Shown here in pieces: positions 28,022-37,667 of a DNA stretch of 64,000 nucleotides (position 1 is the stretch's first letter; each line of letters opens with the position of its first letter). The stretch comes from an uncultured Alphaproteobacteria bacterium. GTDB taxonomy: Bacteria > Pseudomonadota > Alphaproteobacteria > RF32 > CAG-239. The stretch lies in contig CALXPL010000003.1 of NCBI GenBank assembly GCA_944390275.1, positions 18,373 to 82,372 of the forward strand. Reading direction: 5' to 3'. Both the position numbers and the translations under genes were made by a program. Under the pieces are notes generated by a model, which did no database searches, was not told the origin of the DNA, and saw only the letters and a list, made by a program, of their open reading frames with translations.

Positions 28022-29656
28022 ATGAAGAAGATTAATGAAGAAAAATTGTTGCAAGAATATGCTGATTTTAGAAAAAAACCTGAAGTCATCCTTATTAATC
28101 ATCAAAAAATATTAATACCCGTTGAATATACTCTTAAAGGTACGAAAGAGGAGATTCTGCGCGCCTTTTTGCGTGATTATTTGGATGTGCAGAAAAAAGA
28201 TATTGCAAAATATGCAAAAAATAATCTTCCTGTTGAAAAAATCTCTTGGAACGGTATGCCTTTTGTGGTTCCTTTTCATTTTCGCGGCAAAAATTATCGG
28301 GATACGGAAATTGTTGATTATGTCTTGGAACGCGCTCAAGCCAAGTTTGAACATGCTGTTACACTTACACGAAAAATGGATAGAGCCTTTCCGGAACGTA
28401 AATATACCGTGGAAATTGCTCAAGAACATGTTGATGCCTTGCAGAATGCCTATGATGATTATTTAATGCAGAAGCGTCGTGAAAAAATATCTCAAGCGGC
28501 AATTAAAGTTTCGGATTTTATTTTATCCGGTTTCCGTTTTATGAAAAAACAAAAATCTCCTTTCGCAAAATCTAAGTTAAATAATGCGGCGCGCAAAGTC
28601 GTTTTTGCTTCTTTATTAACCGGCGGTGCAGTTTGGGGTATATCATCTTTGCAAAAGGAAAATCATGATACTGATACTCAAAATTTTGATAAAACAGTTT
28701 TAAATAATGCTCCTGCTGAAAATGATATTTCTGAAAAAACTGCATCTTCCGAACTCTTTAAAGAAATGTATGATGTCATTTTAGAAGTAGGTAAAGATGT
28801 AAAACATAATATTCAGAAAAATCAAAATAAAGATGAAAATTTTACAGAAACTCCATCTTCTGACAATATAAAAAGTGAAAAAAAGTCAGTTACTAAAAAG
28901 TCTTCCGAAGCTGCAAAAGCATCTTCTAAAAAAGTTTCTGAAAAAAATGAAACTGAAAACAGTTCTTCACAAAAATTTAAAATTTCTAAGAATTTTAAAC
29001 ACTCTGAAGCTGAAAAAACATGTTTATTTAATAAATATATGAAAGACATTTTTGCCAGTGAAGGCGGCTATGCCGATAAAACTATTGATCAACCGACGAA
29101 TATGGGTATCATTCAACCTACTCTTAATTCATTTTTGAAAAAATACCCTGATTTGGCTAAGAAAAATGGTTTTCCTAGAACTGTTAAAGGCTTGAAAAAA
29201 CGTCATGCTTTGCTTGTTTATCGAAAGCTCTATTTTGATTTTTATAAAATCGGTGATTATCGAAATGAAAGTATTGGTATGTTTATCTATGACATGTATG
29301 TTAATCATACGACGGCTTCTGTTGAACTTTTTGTTCATCAAGCTCTTAAAGCAGCGCGGAAAGCCGGTGCGGATATTCCTTTACCAAAAGATTTTCGGGA
29401 GCAAGTTGCTATTGTCAATTCTTTGGCTCTTAATCCTAAAGCTGAAAAGGCTTTTTATAACCAACTTATTATTGAACGTCGGTTCTTTATGTATAAAAAC
29501 ACGACTTTAAAAGTTAAAAAAGGTCAAATTTCAGAATCACGCTTTGCTCAAGGTTTGCGTAATCGTGTTAATAAGTATGAGAAAAAATACGTATCAACTC
29601 AAGCACAAGAAAGGGCTGCTCAACAATATGTTTCTCGGCAGGTGGCCTCTCGTTAA
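28022..29656 (+). CDS. Membrane-anchored multidomain protein with a C-terminal GH108-family peptidoglycan hydrolase (N-acetylmuramidase) and a PG-binding region.
   Basis: It has an N-terminal domain of about 170 aa of unknown function and a TM segment (VVFASLLTGGAVWGISSL). A K/S/E-rich low-complexity linker follows. The C-terminal part carries the GH108 catalytic motif FASEGGYADKTIDQPTNMGI and a downstream region resembling PG_binding_3. Confidence 0.6.
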   Translation: MKKINEEKLLQEYADFRKKPEVILINHQKILIPVEYTLKGTKEEILRAFLRDYLDVQKKDIAKYAKNNLPVEKISWNGMPFVVPFHFRGKNYRDTEIVDYVLERAQAKFEHAVTLTRKMDRAFPERKYTVEIAQEHVDALQNAYDDYLMQKRREKISQAAIKVSDFILSGFRFMKKQKSPFAKSKLNNAARKVVFASLLTGGAVWGISSLQKENHDTDTQNFDKTVLNNAPAENDISEKTASSELFKEMYDVILEVGKDVKHNIQKNQNKDENFTETPSSDNIKSEKKSVTKKSSEAAKASSKKVSEKNETENSSSQKFKISKNFKHSEAEKTCLFNKYMKDIFASEGGYADKTIDQPTNMGIIQPTLNSFLKKYPDLAKKNGFPRTVKGLKKRHALLVYRKLYFDFYKIGDYRNESIGMFIYDMYVNHTTASVELFVHQALKAARKAGADIPLPKDFREQVAIVNSLALNPKAEKAFYNQLIIERRFFMYKNTTLKVKKGQISESRFAQGLRNRVNKYEKKYVSTQAQERAAQQYVSRQVASR

Positions 29657-29795
29657 ACCTAATTGACCTCGTGTGCTTTTTTTGATATAATAATCTAAAT
29701 GTGATGTGTGAATGAAGTGCTCGGTTGGGAATGCCTTGACTTCTTTCTTTTATAACTCTGTATTCTTTTTGTCGTACAGAGTTATTTTTTTATAA

Positions 29796-29830
29796 AAAAT
29801 AAAGGGCGAAACATCGCCCTTTACTTTTTA
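29796..29830. terminator. Bidirectional rho-independent terminator.
   Basis: AAAAAAT aaagggcga aacat cgcccttt ACTTTTT, between convergent genes. A second hairpin lies at 29752-29790 (aactctgta...tacagagtt). Confidence 0.6.
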
Positions 29831-29846
29831 TATTGTTATTGCTTCT

Positions 29847-30407
29847 TTAGAATGAATATCTAATACCGGCTGAATATTCATTAATGATGTCTAAATCACT
29901 GTGTTCAACGATAACATGACGGAACATTCCGCGGATTGCAATTTTATCGTTGATATTGTATTGGGCTCCGGCACTCATTCTATAGCCTATACCGTAATCT
30001 TTCTTTGAATCAGCATAGGTTCTTGCTTTTAATTCATATTCTCCGATACCTAATCCGCCAATTAATTCTACTTTCTGTTCACAACCTAAAGGGAGATATC
30101 CCAGAGCATCTAAGCCGTATCCGCTAATTCTTGATGTTACTTTTGTTGTATCTTGGAATGAACGGCTTTCATTTAATGATCTCTGATAAAAAGCTTCTAA
30201 ACCGAAATTTTTGTGCATCTTTGCTCCGGCAACGATTGATGCTGAATTGTAATCATCTTCAACGCCCCAATTCTTTGAATTTTTCGCTACGTCTATGCTG
30301 GAATAGTTGTAATCAAGACCTACATATGGTTTGATTTCTATAGCTTGTGCGCTAAATGCCATAGCACTCATAACACCGGCTAGTAATAAAACTTTTTTCA
30401 TCTTCAA
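29847..30407 (-). CDS. Small outer-membrane beta-barrel protein of the OmpA-like/opacity porin family.
   Basis: Signal peptide MKMKKVLLLAGVMSAMAFSAQA. Alternating amphipathic beta-strands. C-terminal ...GIRYSF with a terminal Phe. Confidence 0.65.
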   Translation of the reverse strand: MKMKKVLLLAGVMSAMAFSAQAIEIKPYVGLDYNYSSIDVAKNSKNWGVEDDYNSASIVAGAKMHKNFGLEAFYQRSLNESRSFQDTTKVTSRISGYGLDALGYLPLGCEQKVELIGGLGIGEYELKARTYADSKKDYGIGYRMSAGAQYNINDKIAIRGMFRHVIVEHSDLDIINEYSAGIRYSF

Positions 30408-30646
30408 TATCCTTTTGTCGTTTCGAATGTACAGGTTAGCTTTTCCCCCTTCTTCTTTGGGGTAATATTGGGTAGCCTGAAGTTTCTACCATCAATACCT
30501 TATAACATACACTTTTTTTTTTATTTTTCAAGTCTTATTCTCTGAATCCTTTTTTCAACTTTCTTTTTTTGTTTCTTTTCCTTTGTTAATCTTTATTTAT
30601 CTTTTGGGTGCTATTCTTCCTCTTAATTTGTATATGAGGCTTTGTT

Positions 30647-31585
30647 ATGAAAAATATTGTTCTTAAATCCGGTGTTCAAATGCCCGTACTGGGGCTTGGT
30701 ACTTGGAAAGCTAAACCCGGTGATGTTTATCAAGCCGTTTTGTGGGCTTTGCAAATGGGATATCGGCATATTGATTGCGCTCAAATCTATGGAAATGAAA
30801 GAGAAATAGGACAAGCCTTACATGATGCTTTTATGCAAAATATTGTCAAACGTGAAGATTTGTTTGTTACATCAAAACTTTGGAACAATGCTCATGAACC
30901 GACTGATGTTTTGCCTGCTTTGCGTAAATCTTTAGCTGATTTGCAACTCGATTATTTAGATTTATATCTTATTCATTGGCCCGTTTCTCAAAAAAAAGAA
31001 GTCATTTTCCCTTCTTGTGATGATGATATGATTTCTTCAAAAATTTTACCTTTGGAAGTTACATGGTGTGAATTGGAAAATATTGCAAAGTCCGGTCTGG
31101 TAAAATCTATCGGGCTTTCTAACTGTGGAATCGAGCATTTGCAAAAAATTTTGGATGCTTCTTTACGACGTCCAGATGTCTTACAGGTCGAATGTCATCC
31201 TTTCTTACAACAAAAAAAATTATTGGCCTTTTGTAAAAAAAATAATATTGCCGTAACGGCTTATTCGCCTTTAGGTTCTTCGGATCGTGTTGATAAAAGG
31301 GGAAATGAACCTGTTTTGCTTCAGAATCCCGTCGTCTCTGAGATTGCTTCCGAAATGCAGATTACTCCGGCTCAACTCTTAATCGCTTGGGGGCTTCATC
31401 ATGGTACTGCTGTTATTCCAAAGTCCGTAAATTTGGAGCATTTGCGTGAAAATTTTCAAGCCGTTGATATTATTCTTCCAAAACTTTATCTTGATAAACT
31501 TGCTCACCTTGAATGTGGTTGGCGTTATGTCGATGGAAGTTGTTTTGCTTATGGCGACTATTCTGTCGAAACTATTTTTGCTTAA
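30647..31585 (+). CDS. Aldo/keto reductase. The motifs are AKR1-like (aldose-reductase-like).
   Basis: GLGTWKA, HIDCAQIYGNEREIG, IHWP, and the catalytic tetrad context. 312 aa. Confidence 0.85.
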   Translation: MKNIVLKSGVQMPVLGLGTWKAKPGDVYQAVLWALQMGYRHIDCAQIYGNEREIGQALHDAFMQNIVKREDLFVTSKLWNNAHEPTDVLPALRKSLADLQLDYLDLYLIHWPVSQKKEVIFPSCDDDMISSKILPLEVTWCELENIAKSGLVKSIGLSNCGIEHLQKILDASLRRPDVLQVECHPFLQQKKLLAFCKKNNIAVTAYSPLGSSDRVDKRGNEPVLLQNPVVSEIASEMQITPAQLLIAWGLHHGTAVIPKSVNLEHLRENFQAVDIILPKLYLDKLAHLECGWRYVDGSCFAYGDYSVETIFA

Positions 31586-32546
31586 TATGAGCTGAAAGTT
31601 GTTGAATGATAAAGTTGCGTAAACTCGTTTCGTCTTCCCAATCTATTTTGATAGATAATACTTCTACTTTTTTTTGGAATTCTTTGGGGAGTTTAACATA
31701 GTCCTTACTTGTTGTATATAAAACGGCATCTAACTCTTTCGCTCGTTTTTCCAGTTCTTGTGTATCTTGAGTCGTGTAGGGATGGTGATCCGGAAAGTCA
31801 TAGGTTTCGATGACTTTTCCTCCCGCTTGTTTTAAACTTTCATAGAATTTTTGAGGACGACCTATTCCCGCAAATGCTATAATTTCTTTTTCTTGCTGTG
31901 CAATAGGTAAGGGGATAATCTTTCCCGAAAATGTCGGTAATTCTCCGAGATGTTTCTTTATTGATGTTTTGTCTTCGCCGATGATGATTGCCGCTTGCGC
32001 TCTTTTTATTCCTTGGGAAAAAGTTTCTCTTAAAGGACCAGACGGTATTGCTCGAAAATTACCAAAACCGAATCCTCCGTCTATAACAATAAAGGATATG
32101 TCTTTGTGTAATGTCGGATTTTGAAAACCATCATCCATAATTAAAATATCGGCTCCGGCTGCTTCCGCTAATCTTGCTCCTTTCCCTCGGTCCGCATTGA
32201 TAACAACAGGAGCTGTTTCGGATAAAAGCAAAGGTTCATCACCGCATTCTTCCGCTTGATAATTTTGTTTGTTGACTATGATATTTTGATATTTTCCGCC
32301 ATATCCTCTGGAAAGAAAATAAGGGCAGTATCCTTCTTTTTGAAGAATTTGTGCAAGAGCTATCGCCGTTGGGGTTTTACCACTGCCTCCGGCGGTCAGA
32401 TTGCCAATGCAAATAACCGGAAGTTTACTCTTATAGGGATGATGCAATTTTAACCGCAACCTTGTCAGCCCCGAATATAACCATCCAAACGGAATAAGAA
32501 TATCCGATAACAAGTTTTTTTGATTCCAAAAAGTGGGGGTCTTCAT
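31572..32546 (-). CDS. lpxK: Tetraacyldisaccharide 4'-kinase.
   Basis: P-loop GNLTAGGSGKTP. 324 aa. Overlaps the kdtA stop by 4 nt. Confidence 0.85.
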   Translation of the reverse strand: MKTPTFWNQKNLLSDILIPFGWLYSGLTRLRLKLHHPYKSKLPVICIGNLTAGGSGKTPTAIALAQILQKEGYCPYFLSRGYGGKYQNIIVNKQNYQAEECGDEPLLLSETAPVVINADRGKGARLAEAAGADILIMDDGFQNPTLHKDISFIVIDGGFGFGNFRAIPSGPLRETFSQGIKRAQAAIIIGEDKTSIKKHLGELPTFSGKIIPLPIAQQEKEIIAFAGIGRPQKFYESLKQAGGKVIETYDFPDHHPYTTQDTQELEKRAKELDAVLYTTSKDYVKLPKEFQKKVEVLSIKIDWEDETSLRNFIIQQLSAHIKQK

Positions 32547-33814
32547 GCTTTGATATACTCTTGTATCTTTTCAATTATGCCTTCTAAAACCTTGTTTTCA
32601 CTTTGTGCCCACTCATAGGCTTGTTGACGTTTCTTGTCTAAATAACTCTTATTGCTCAGAAGTTTTAGAACGCTGTCAATGACTCCTTGGCTGTCTTTTA
32701 CTTGTATAATTGCATCGGCTTTTAAGGCTCTGTTTATGGCATCCGTAAAGTTATGCATGTGCGGACCCGCTATTACGATATCTTTCATGCGCGATGGTTC
32801 CATGAAGTTTTGTCCGCCGTGGGGGATTAATGAACCTCCGATGAAAACAATCGGGCATAAATGATACCATAGCCCCATTTCTCCTATCGTATCGGCGATG
32901 TAAACATCCGTTTGCGGGCTTATTGCTTCTTGTTTTGAACGCAAGGAAACATTTAATCCCATTTCGGTTAAGGCTTGTTGTATTTCTTGTCCGCGGTGGG
33001 GGTGGCGAGGGGCTATCAAAGTCAGAATATTCGGAATTTGGGCTTTGAGTTGTGCAATATGCCTCCCTAATTGTAATTCTTCATCATTATGGGTGGAACT
33101 GATTAACCAAACCGGTCTTGCGCCTATGCTTTCTTTTATTGTTTGCAAACTTTCTTCTTTGTATGGCAACGGTAATCCGGCATATTTTATGTTTCCCAAA
33201 CACCCGCTTGCCTTTGCTCCGAGTATTTGTAAGCGTCTTGCGTCTTCTTCCGATTGTCCTAAGCAATAGGTAAAGCAATCTAATATTTCTTTAATGATAA
33301 ACGGAAATTTTTGCCAACGGGCAAAGGAGCGATTGGATATTCTGCCGTTTACCAACAGAAGAGGAATGTTGTGTCTTTTTATTTCCGAAAGCATTGAAGG
33401 CCAAAAATCGGATTCAAACCACAATATTGCGTCCGGATGCCAGTGTTCTATAAATTTTTTGGAAAATTTAGGATTATCTATCGGAAAATATTGATGAAAG
33501 GCTCTTGGCGGCAATCTTTTTTTCATTATTTCCGCTGATGTAACCGTACCGGTGGTTACCATAATATGGAGCTCTTTATTGCTTTGCAGCAAACGCTCGA
33601 TTAAGGGGAGCATTGAAATTGATTCTCCTACCGATGCTCCGTGAAACCATACTAATTTACCATCAGGGCGTGTTAATTGGCTCTCTCCTATTCTTTCATT
33701 AAATCTTTCTTTATCTTCTTTTCCTATTTTTTTGCGATGAGCAATATAGGGTTTGATGGCTATGGGGTATAAACTTTGGATGAGACCGCGATAAAGAGAT
33801 ATAAACATATTCAA
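32543..33814 (-). CDS. waaA: 3-deoxy-D-manno-octulosonic acid (Kdo) transferase.
   Basis: 423-aa GT30-family protein with an N-terminal glycosyltransferase N domain (WFHGASVGE) and a C-terminal GT-B half. Located between the DUF374 gene and lpxK. Confidence 0.85.
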   Translation of the reverse strand: MNMFISLYRGLIQSLYPIAIKPYIAHRKKIGKEDKERFNERIGESQLTRPDGKLVWFHGASVGESISMLPLIERLLQSNKELHIMVTTGTVTSAEIMKKRLPPRAFHQYFPIDNPKFSKKFIEHWHPDAILWFESDFWPSMLSEIKRHNIPLLLVNGRISNRSFARWQKFPFIIKEILDCFTYCLGQSEEDARRLQILGAKASGCLGNIKYAGLPLPYKEESLQTIKESIGARPVWLISSTHNDEELQLGRHIAQLKAQIPNILTLIAPRHPHRGQEIQQALTEMGLNVSLRSKQEAISPQTDVYIADTIGEMGLWYHLCPIVFIGGSLIPHGGQNFMEPSRMKDIVIAGPHMHNFTDAINRALKADAIIQVKDSQGVIDSVLKLLSNKSYLDKKRQQAYEWAQSENKVLEGIIEKIQEYIKA

Positions 33815-33818
33815 CTTC

Positions 33819-34571
33819 CTATTTTATGATAATCATGGGTTGCTTTTTCTTTTTTATTTTTGTTCCGGGGAGTATCGGATGTCGTCCGACCCTTTGGTCT
33901 GCTCGTATGCTTGCTGACACAAACTCTTTTTCAATTTCTTGTCGGTAGTGTTCTAAATCTTTCATGTCGGCGTTTTCTGGAATAAAAAATGGTTGGGTTA
34001 CAATCAAGGCTCCTTGGGAAAAGGGAAGGGGAAACATCATTTCGTCCCAGCTCTTTTTTAGAATAAAACCGTGTTTGATACTATAAGTCATACCAACTAT
34101 CGGTTTTCCGCTTTTTTGTGCAAAAATTAACGGGCTTAAGTTCATATGCATACTCGGACCTATCGGTCCATCCGGTGTTAAACATATCGATTCACCATTT
34201 TGTAAGGTTTTCATGAGCTTTACCGCCGCTCGGCTCGCATTGCTTGTTGACGACCCGTCTATTAAACCTAAACCATATCTTTTGACAATTTTTCCCATTA
34301 ACTGTCCGTCTTTATGCTCGGATACCAAAGCGTGAAGTGGGTGCTTTTTGTTCCAGAAAAAAGGGATTAATCCGGCGCGGCCATGCCATGATAAAATTAT
34401 CATGCTGCCTTCTTTATCCCATGTTTTATTCATGGCTTCCAAGCCTTCAATTTGCCATCTGGTCGTATGTCCCACTATTTTCAGATATTTACTTATTATC
34501 CAACTGATTATATCAGTTGCTTTATCTGATTTTAATAATTTTCTTGTGAATTTTTTGACTGCTTTTGTCAT
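33819..34571 (-). CDS. DUF374 protein, a lysophospholipid-acyltransferase-like protein.
   Basis: 250 aa. This is the conserved DUF374 gene that precedes kdtA in many Gram-negative genomes, especially alphaproteobacteria. Confidence 0.7.
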   Translation of the reverse strand: MTKAVKKFTRKLLKSDKATDIISWIISKYLKIVGHTTRWQIEGLEAMNKTWDKEGSMIILSWHGRAGLIPFFWNKKHPLHALVSEHKDGQLMGKIVKRYGLGLIDGSSTSNASRAAVKLMKTLQNGESICLTPDGPIGPSMHMNLSPLIFAQKSGKPIVGMTYSIKHGFILKKSWDEMMFPLPFSQGALIVTQPFFIPENADMKDLEHYRQEIEKEFVSASIRADQRVGRHPILPGTKIKKKKQPMIIIK

Positions 34572-34574
34572 CGA

Positions 34575-34850
34575 TTATGCGTTCTTTTTTACAAGCTCGG
34601 TAATTGAAACTCCGATAGTTTCATCTTCGGTTATAACCACTTCCCCGTGCCCGATTAAAATGTTGTTGGCGTAGATATCAACATAATCATTTAAGGTTCT
34701 ATCTAATTCAACAACAGCACCGCGACCGAGTTTTAGTAATTGGTGTATGCGTAAACTTGCCGAACCTAATTCTACGGAAACGTCAACATCTATGCCGTTG
34801 CCTAAATTGTCAATTCCAAGCTGTTTTGACATTGTGTGTTCTATCCTCAT
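34575..34850 (-). CDS. fliN: Flagellar motor switch protein FliN.
   Basis: 91 aa with a SpoA/FliN C-terminal domain (VDVSVELGSASLRIHQLLKLGRGAVVELDRTLNDYVDIYANNILIGHGEVV). It is the first gene of the fliN-DUF374-kdtA-lpxK string. Confidence 0.85.
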   Translation of the reverse strand: MRIEHTMSKQLGIDNLGNGIDVDVSVELGSASLRIHQLLKLGRGAVVELDRTLNDYVDIYANNILIGHGEVVITEDETIGVSITELVKKNA

Positions 34851-35072
34851 TCCTATCTTCTTTTCTTTTTACCTTAGCGGATTTGTTCTTAAATTGCAAC
34901 GATTGTTATATTTGTGTGAACAATTTTACTTTCTTATTGTGATTGTTTGGGTTGTGGATTATTCTTCTTTGTAGTTGCTCTCCTATTCGGTTCGGGCATA
35001 AAATGTTATTTCATGCAAGTTCCTCTGTTTGAAAACTTGATGTTTATTGTGTAATTTTTTTTGAGGTATATT

Positions 35073-37409
35073 ATGGCTGTCAAAAAAGAAAAATATCCTG
35101 CTTTGCCTTTGCGTGATATTGTCGTCTATCCTAAAATGATTGTTCCTTTGTTCGTTGGACGCGAAAAGTCTATTCGCGCTTTGCAGGAAGCTGTTGATAA
35201 AGAGTTAAATGTGGTGTTGGTTACACAAAAAGATGCCGCTGTCGAAGAAGCTACTCCCGATAATGTGTTTCATGTCGGAACTTTAGGCTCTGTCTTGCAG
35301 TTGCTTAAATTACCCGATGGTACTCTTAAGGTTTTAATTGAAGGCGTCGAACGTGTTAAAATCGAATCCTTTACCGATAATACTGAATTTATGGAGGTTC
35401 TCGCTTCAAAATTACCCGTTTCTCAAAAAGATGATATTGAAATTGAAGCCTTGTCTCGAGCGGTGATTTCTCAGTTCGAAGAATATGTCAAACTTTCTAA
35501 AAAAATTCCTCCCGAAGTCTTGGTTTCCTTAAATCAAATCGATGATTGGGGAAAAATGGCCGATACCATCGCTTCTCATCTCTCTCTTAAAATTGCCGAT
35601 AAACAAGCTCTCCTTGAAGCCGCTACACTTAAAAATCGTTTTGAAAAACTTTTGGCTTTCCTTAATTCCGAAATTACTATGCTTGAAGTTGAGAATCGTA
35701 TTAAATCACGTGTTAAAAAACAAATGGAGAAAAGTCAAAAAGAATATTATCTCAATGAACAAATGAAGGCTATTCAGAAAGAACTCGGCGATACCGAAGA
35801 CGAAGAATTAGCCGAGTATATGAAAAAAATTTCTAAGACAAAACTTTCTAAGGAAGCCAAAGAAAAGGCTCTCAGCGAAGTGAAAAAACTTAAATCCATG
35901 AGCCCCATGTCCAGTGAGGCTACGGTCGTTCGGAATTATTTGGATTGGGTTCTCGGTATTCCTTGGAAAAAGCCCTCTAAAGTTAAAAAAGATTTGCATG
36001 AGGCTATGGAAATTCTTGATGCCGATCATTATGGTTTGGAAAAAGTCAAAGAACGTATTATTGAATATCTTGCCGTACAATCTCGCGCTGATAAAGTGAA
36101 AGGTCCTATCCTTTGTCTCGTCGGCCCTCCGGGAGTGGGAAAAACTTCTTTGGGACGTTCTATCGCTAAGGCTACAGGTCGTAATTTCGTTCGCGCTTCT
36201 TTAGGCGGAATGCGTGATGAAGCTGAAATTCGCGGACATCGTCGTACTTATATCGGTTCTATGCCCGGTAAAATTATTAAAGGAATGAAAAAAGCAGGTA
36301 CTTCTAATCCGCTCTTCCTTTTGGATGAAATTGATAAACTCGGTAATGATTATCGCGGCGATCCCAGTTCCGCTTTGCTTGAAGTCCTTGACCCCGAGCA
36401 GAATTCTACCTTTAATGACCATTACCTTGAATTGGATTATGATTTATCCGATGTGATGTTTATTACAACTGCTAATTCTTTGGATATGCCTCGTCCTCTC
36501 TTGGATCGTATGGAAGTTATTCGCCTTTCCGGTTATACCGAAGAAGAAAAAATTGAAATTGCCAAGCAGCATCTTTTGCCGAAAATTTTTGAGGAAAATG
36601 CTGTTAAGCCAACCGAACTCTTTATTACCGATGAGGCTATTCGCGATGTTATCCGTTATTATACGCGAGAAGCCGGTGTACGTAATTTAGAACGTGAGTT
36701 GGCGACAATTGCTCGTAAAGCAATTAAAGACATTATTATTGATAATGAAGAAAAGAAATCTTCCTCAAAAATGGTTAAGGTTAATGCCGAGAATCTAAAA
36801 AAATATCTTGGTGTTATTAAATATCGCTATGGTATTGCCGAAGAAGAAGATCATATCGGGGTTACAACCGGTTTGGCTTGGACGGAAGTCGGCGGGGATA
36901 TCCTCTTTATTGAAGCTGTCGATATGCCCGGAAAAGGTAAAATTACTCAAACCGGAAAACTCGGTGATGTGATGAAGGAATCTATTGAAACGGCTTATTC
37001 CGTTGTTCGTTCTCATTCAAAAGATTTGGGTATTGATCCCGAAGTTTTTGAAAAAATAGATATTCATGTGCATGTTCCCGAAGGGGCAACTCCGAAAGAC
37101 GGTCCTTCTGCCGGTATTGCCATGTACACGACTTTGGTTTCCGTATTGACGAAAACTCCTGTACGCAAAGATGTTGCCATGACCGGTGAAATTACGTTAC
37201 AAGGTCGCGTTTTGCCAATCGGTGGGTTGAAAGAAAAATTACTTTCAGCTTTGCGCGGAGGAATTAAAACCGTTATTATTCCGAAGGACAATGAAAAGGA
37301 TTTGGAAGAAATTCCTGAAATTGTTACGAAGGAAATGACTATCGTTCCCGTGAGCGAGGTTTCCGAAGTCTTGAAAATTGCTTTGAAACCGAAGAAAAAG
37401 TCAAAGTAG
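35073..37409 (+). CDS. lon: ATP-dependent Lon protease.
   Basis: Lon N-terminal domain, AAA+ Walker A GPPGVGKTS and proteolytic site DGPSAGIAM. Very high identity to canonical LonA throughout. Confidence 0.97.
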   Translation: MAVKKEKYPALPLRDIVVYPKMIVPLFVGREKSIRALQEAVDKELNVVLVTQKDAAVEEATPDNVFHVGTLGSVLQLLKLPDGTLKVLIEGVERVKIESFTDNTEFMEVLASKLPVSQKDDIEIEALSRAVISQFEEYVKLSKKIPPEVLVSLNQIDDWGKMADTIASHLSLKIADKQALLEAATLKNRFEKLLAFLNSEITMLEVENRIKSRVKKQMEKSQKEYYLNEQMKAIQKELGDTEDEELAEYMKKISKTKLSKEAKEKALSEVKKLKSMSPMSSEATVVRNYLDWVLGIPWKKPSKVKKDLHEAMEILDADHYGLEKVKERIIEYLAVQSRADKVKGPILCLVGPPGVGKTSLGRSIAKATGRNFVRASLGGMRDEAEIRGHRRTYIGSMPGKIIKGMKKAGTSNPLFLLDEIDKLGNDYRGDPSSALLEVLDPEQNSTFNDHYLELDYDLSDVMFITTANSLDMPRPLLDRMEVIRLSGYTEEEKIEIAKQHLLPKIFEENAVKPTELFITDEAIRDVIRYYTREAGVRNLERELATIARKAIKDIIIDNEEKKSSSKMVKVNAENLKKYLGVIKYRYGIAEEEDHIGVTTGLAWTEVGGDILFIEAVDMPGKGKITQTGKLGDVMKESIETAYSVVRSHSKDLGIDPEVFEKIDIHVHVPEGATPKDGPSAGIAMYTTLVSVLTKTPVRKDVAMTGEITLQGRVLPIGGLKEKLLSALRGGIKTVIIPKDNEKDLEEIPEIVTKEMTIVPVSEVSEVLKIALKPKKKSK

Positions 37410-37426
37410 TTTTTTCTTCTCTTTTT

Positions 37427-37460
37427 AAGCTGCCGTAGTTCAAAACGGCAGCTTTTTTGT
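37427..37460 (+). terminator. Rho-independent terminator after lon.
   Basis: aagctgccgt agttcaaa acggcagctt hairpin followed by TTTTTT. Confidence 0.7.
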
Positions 37461-37667
37461 TGGCTTAAAATGCAAAGTTATGCACATCTTAAAAATGAAA
37501 AAAAATTTTTTTATGCGACAATTTAACCGTAAAATCAGCATGTTGAAACTTGCTTGTCGCGGTTACTTTTTTTTTTAATGAAATTTTTTCTATTCGGTTT
37601 GACTAACCCCTGTCGGCATAGTATATTTTCTTCATTATTTTTTTAACTTTTAAGGATTTATTTTCCT

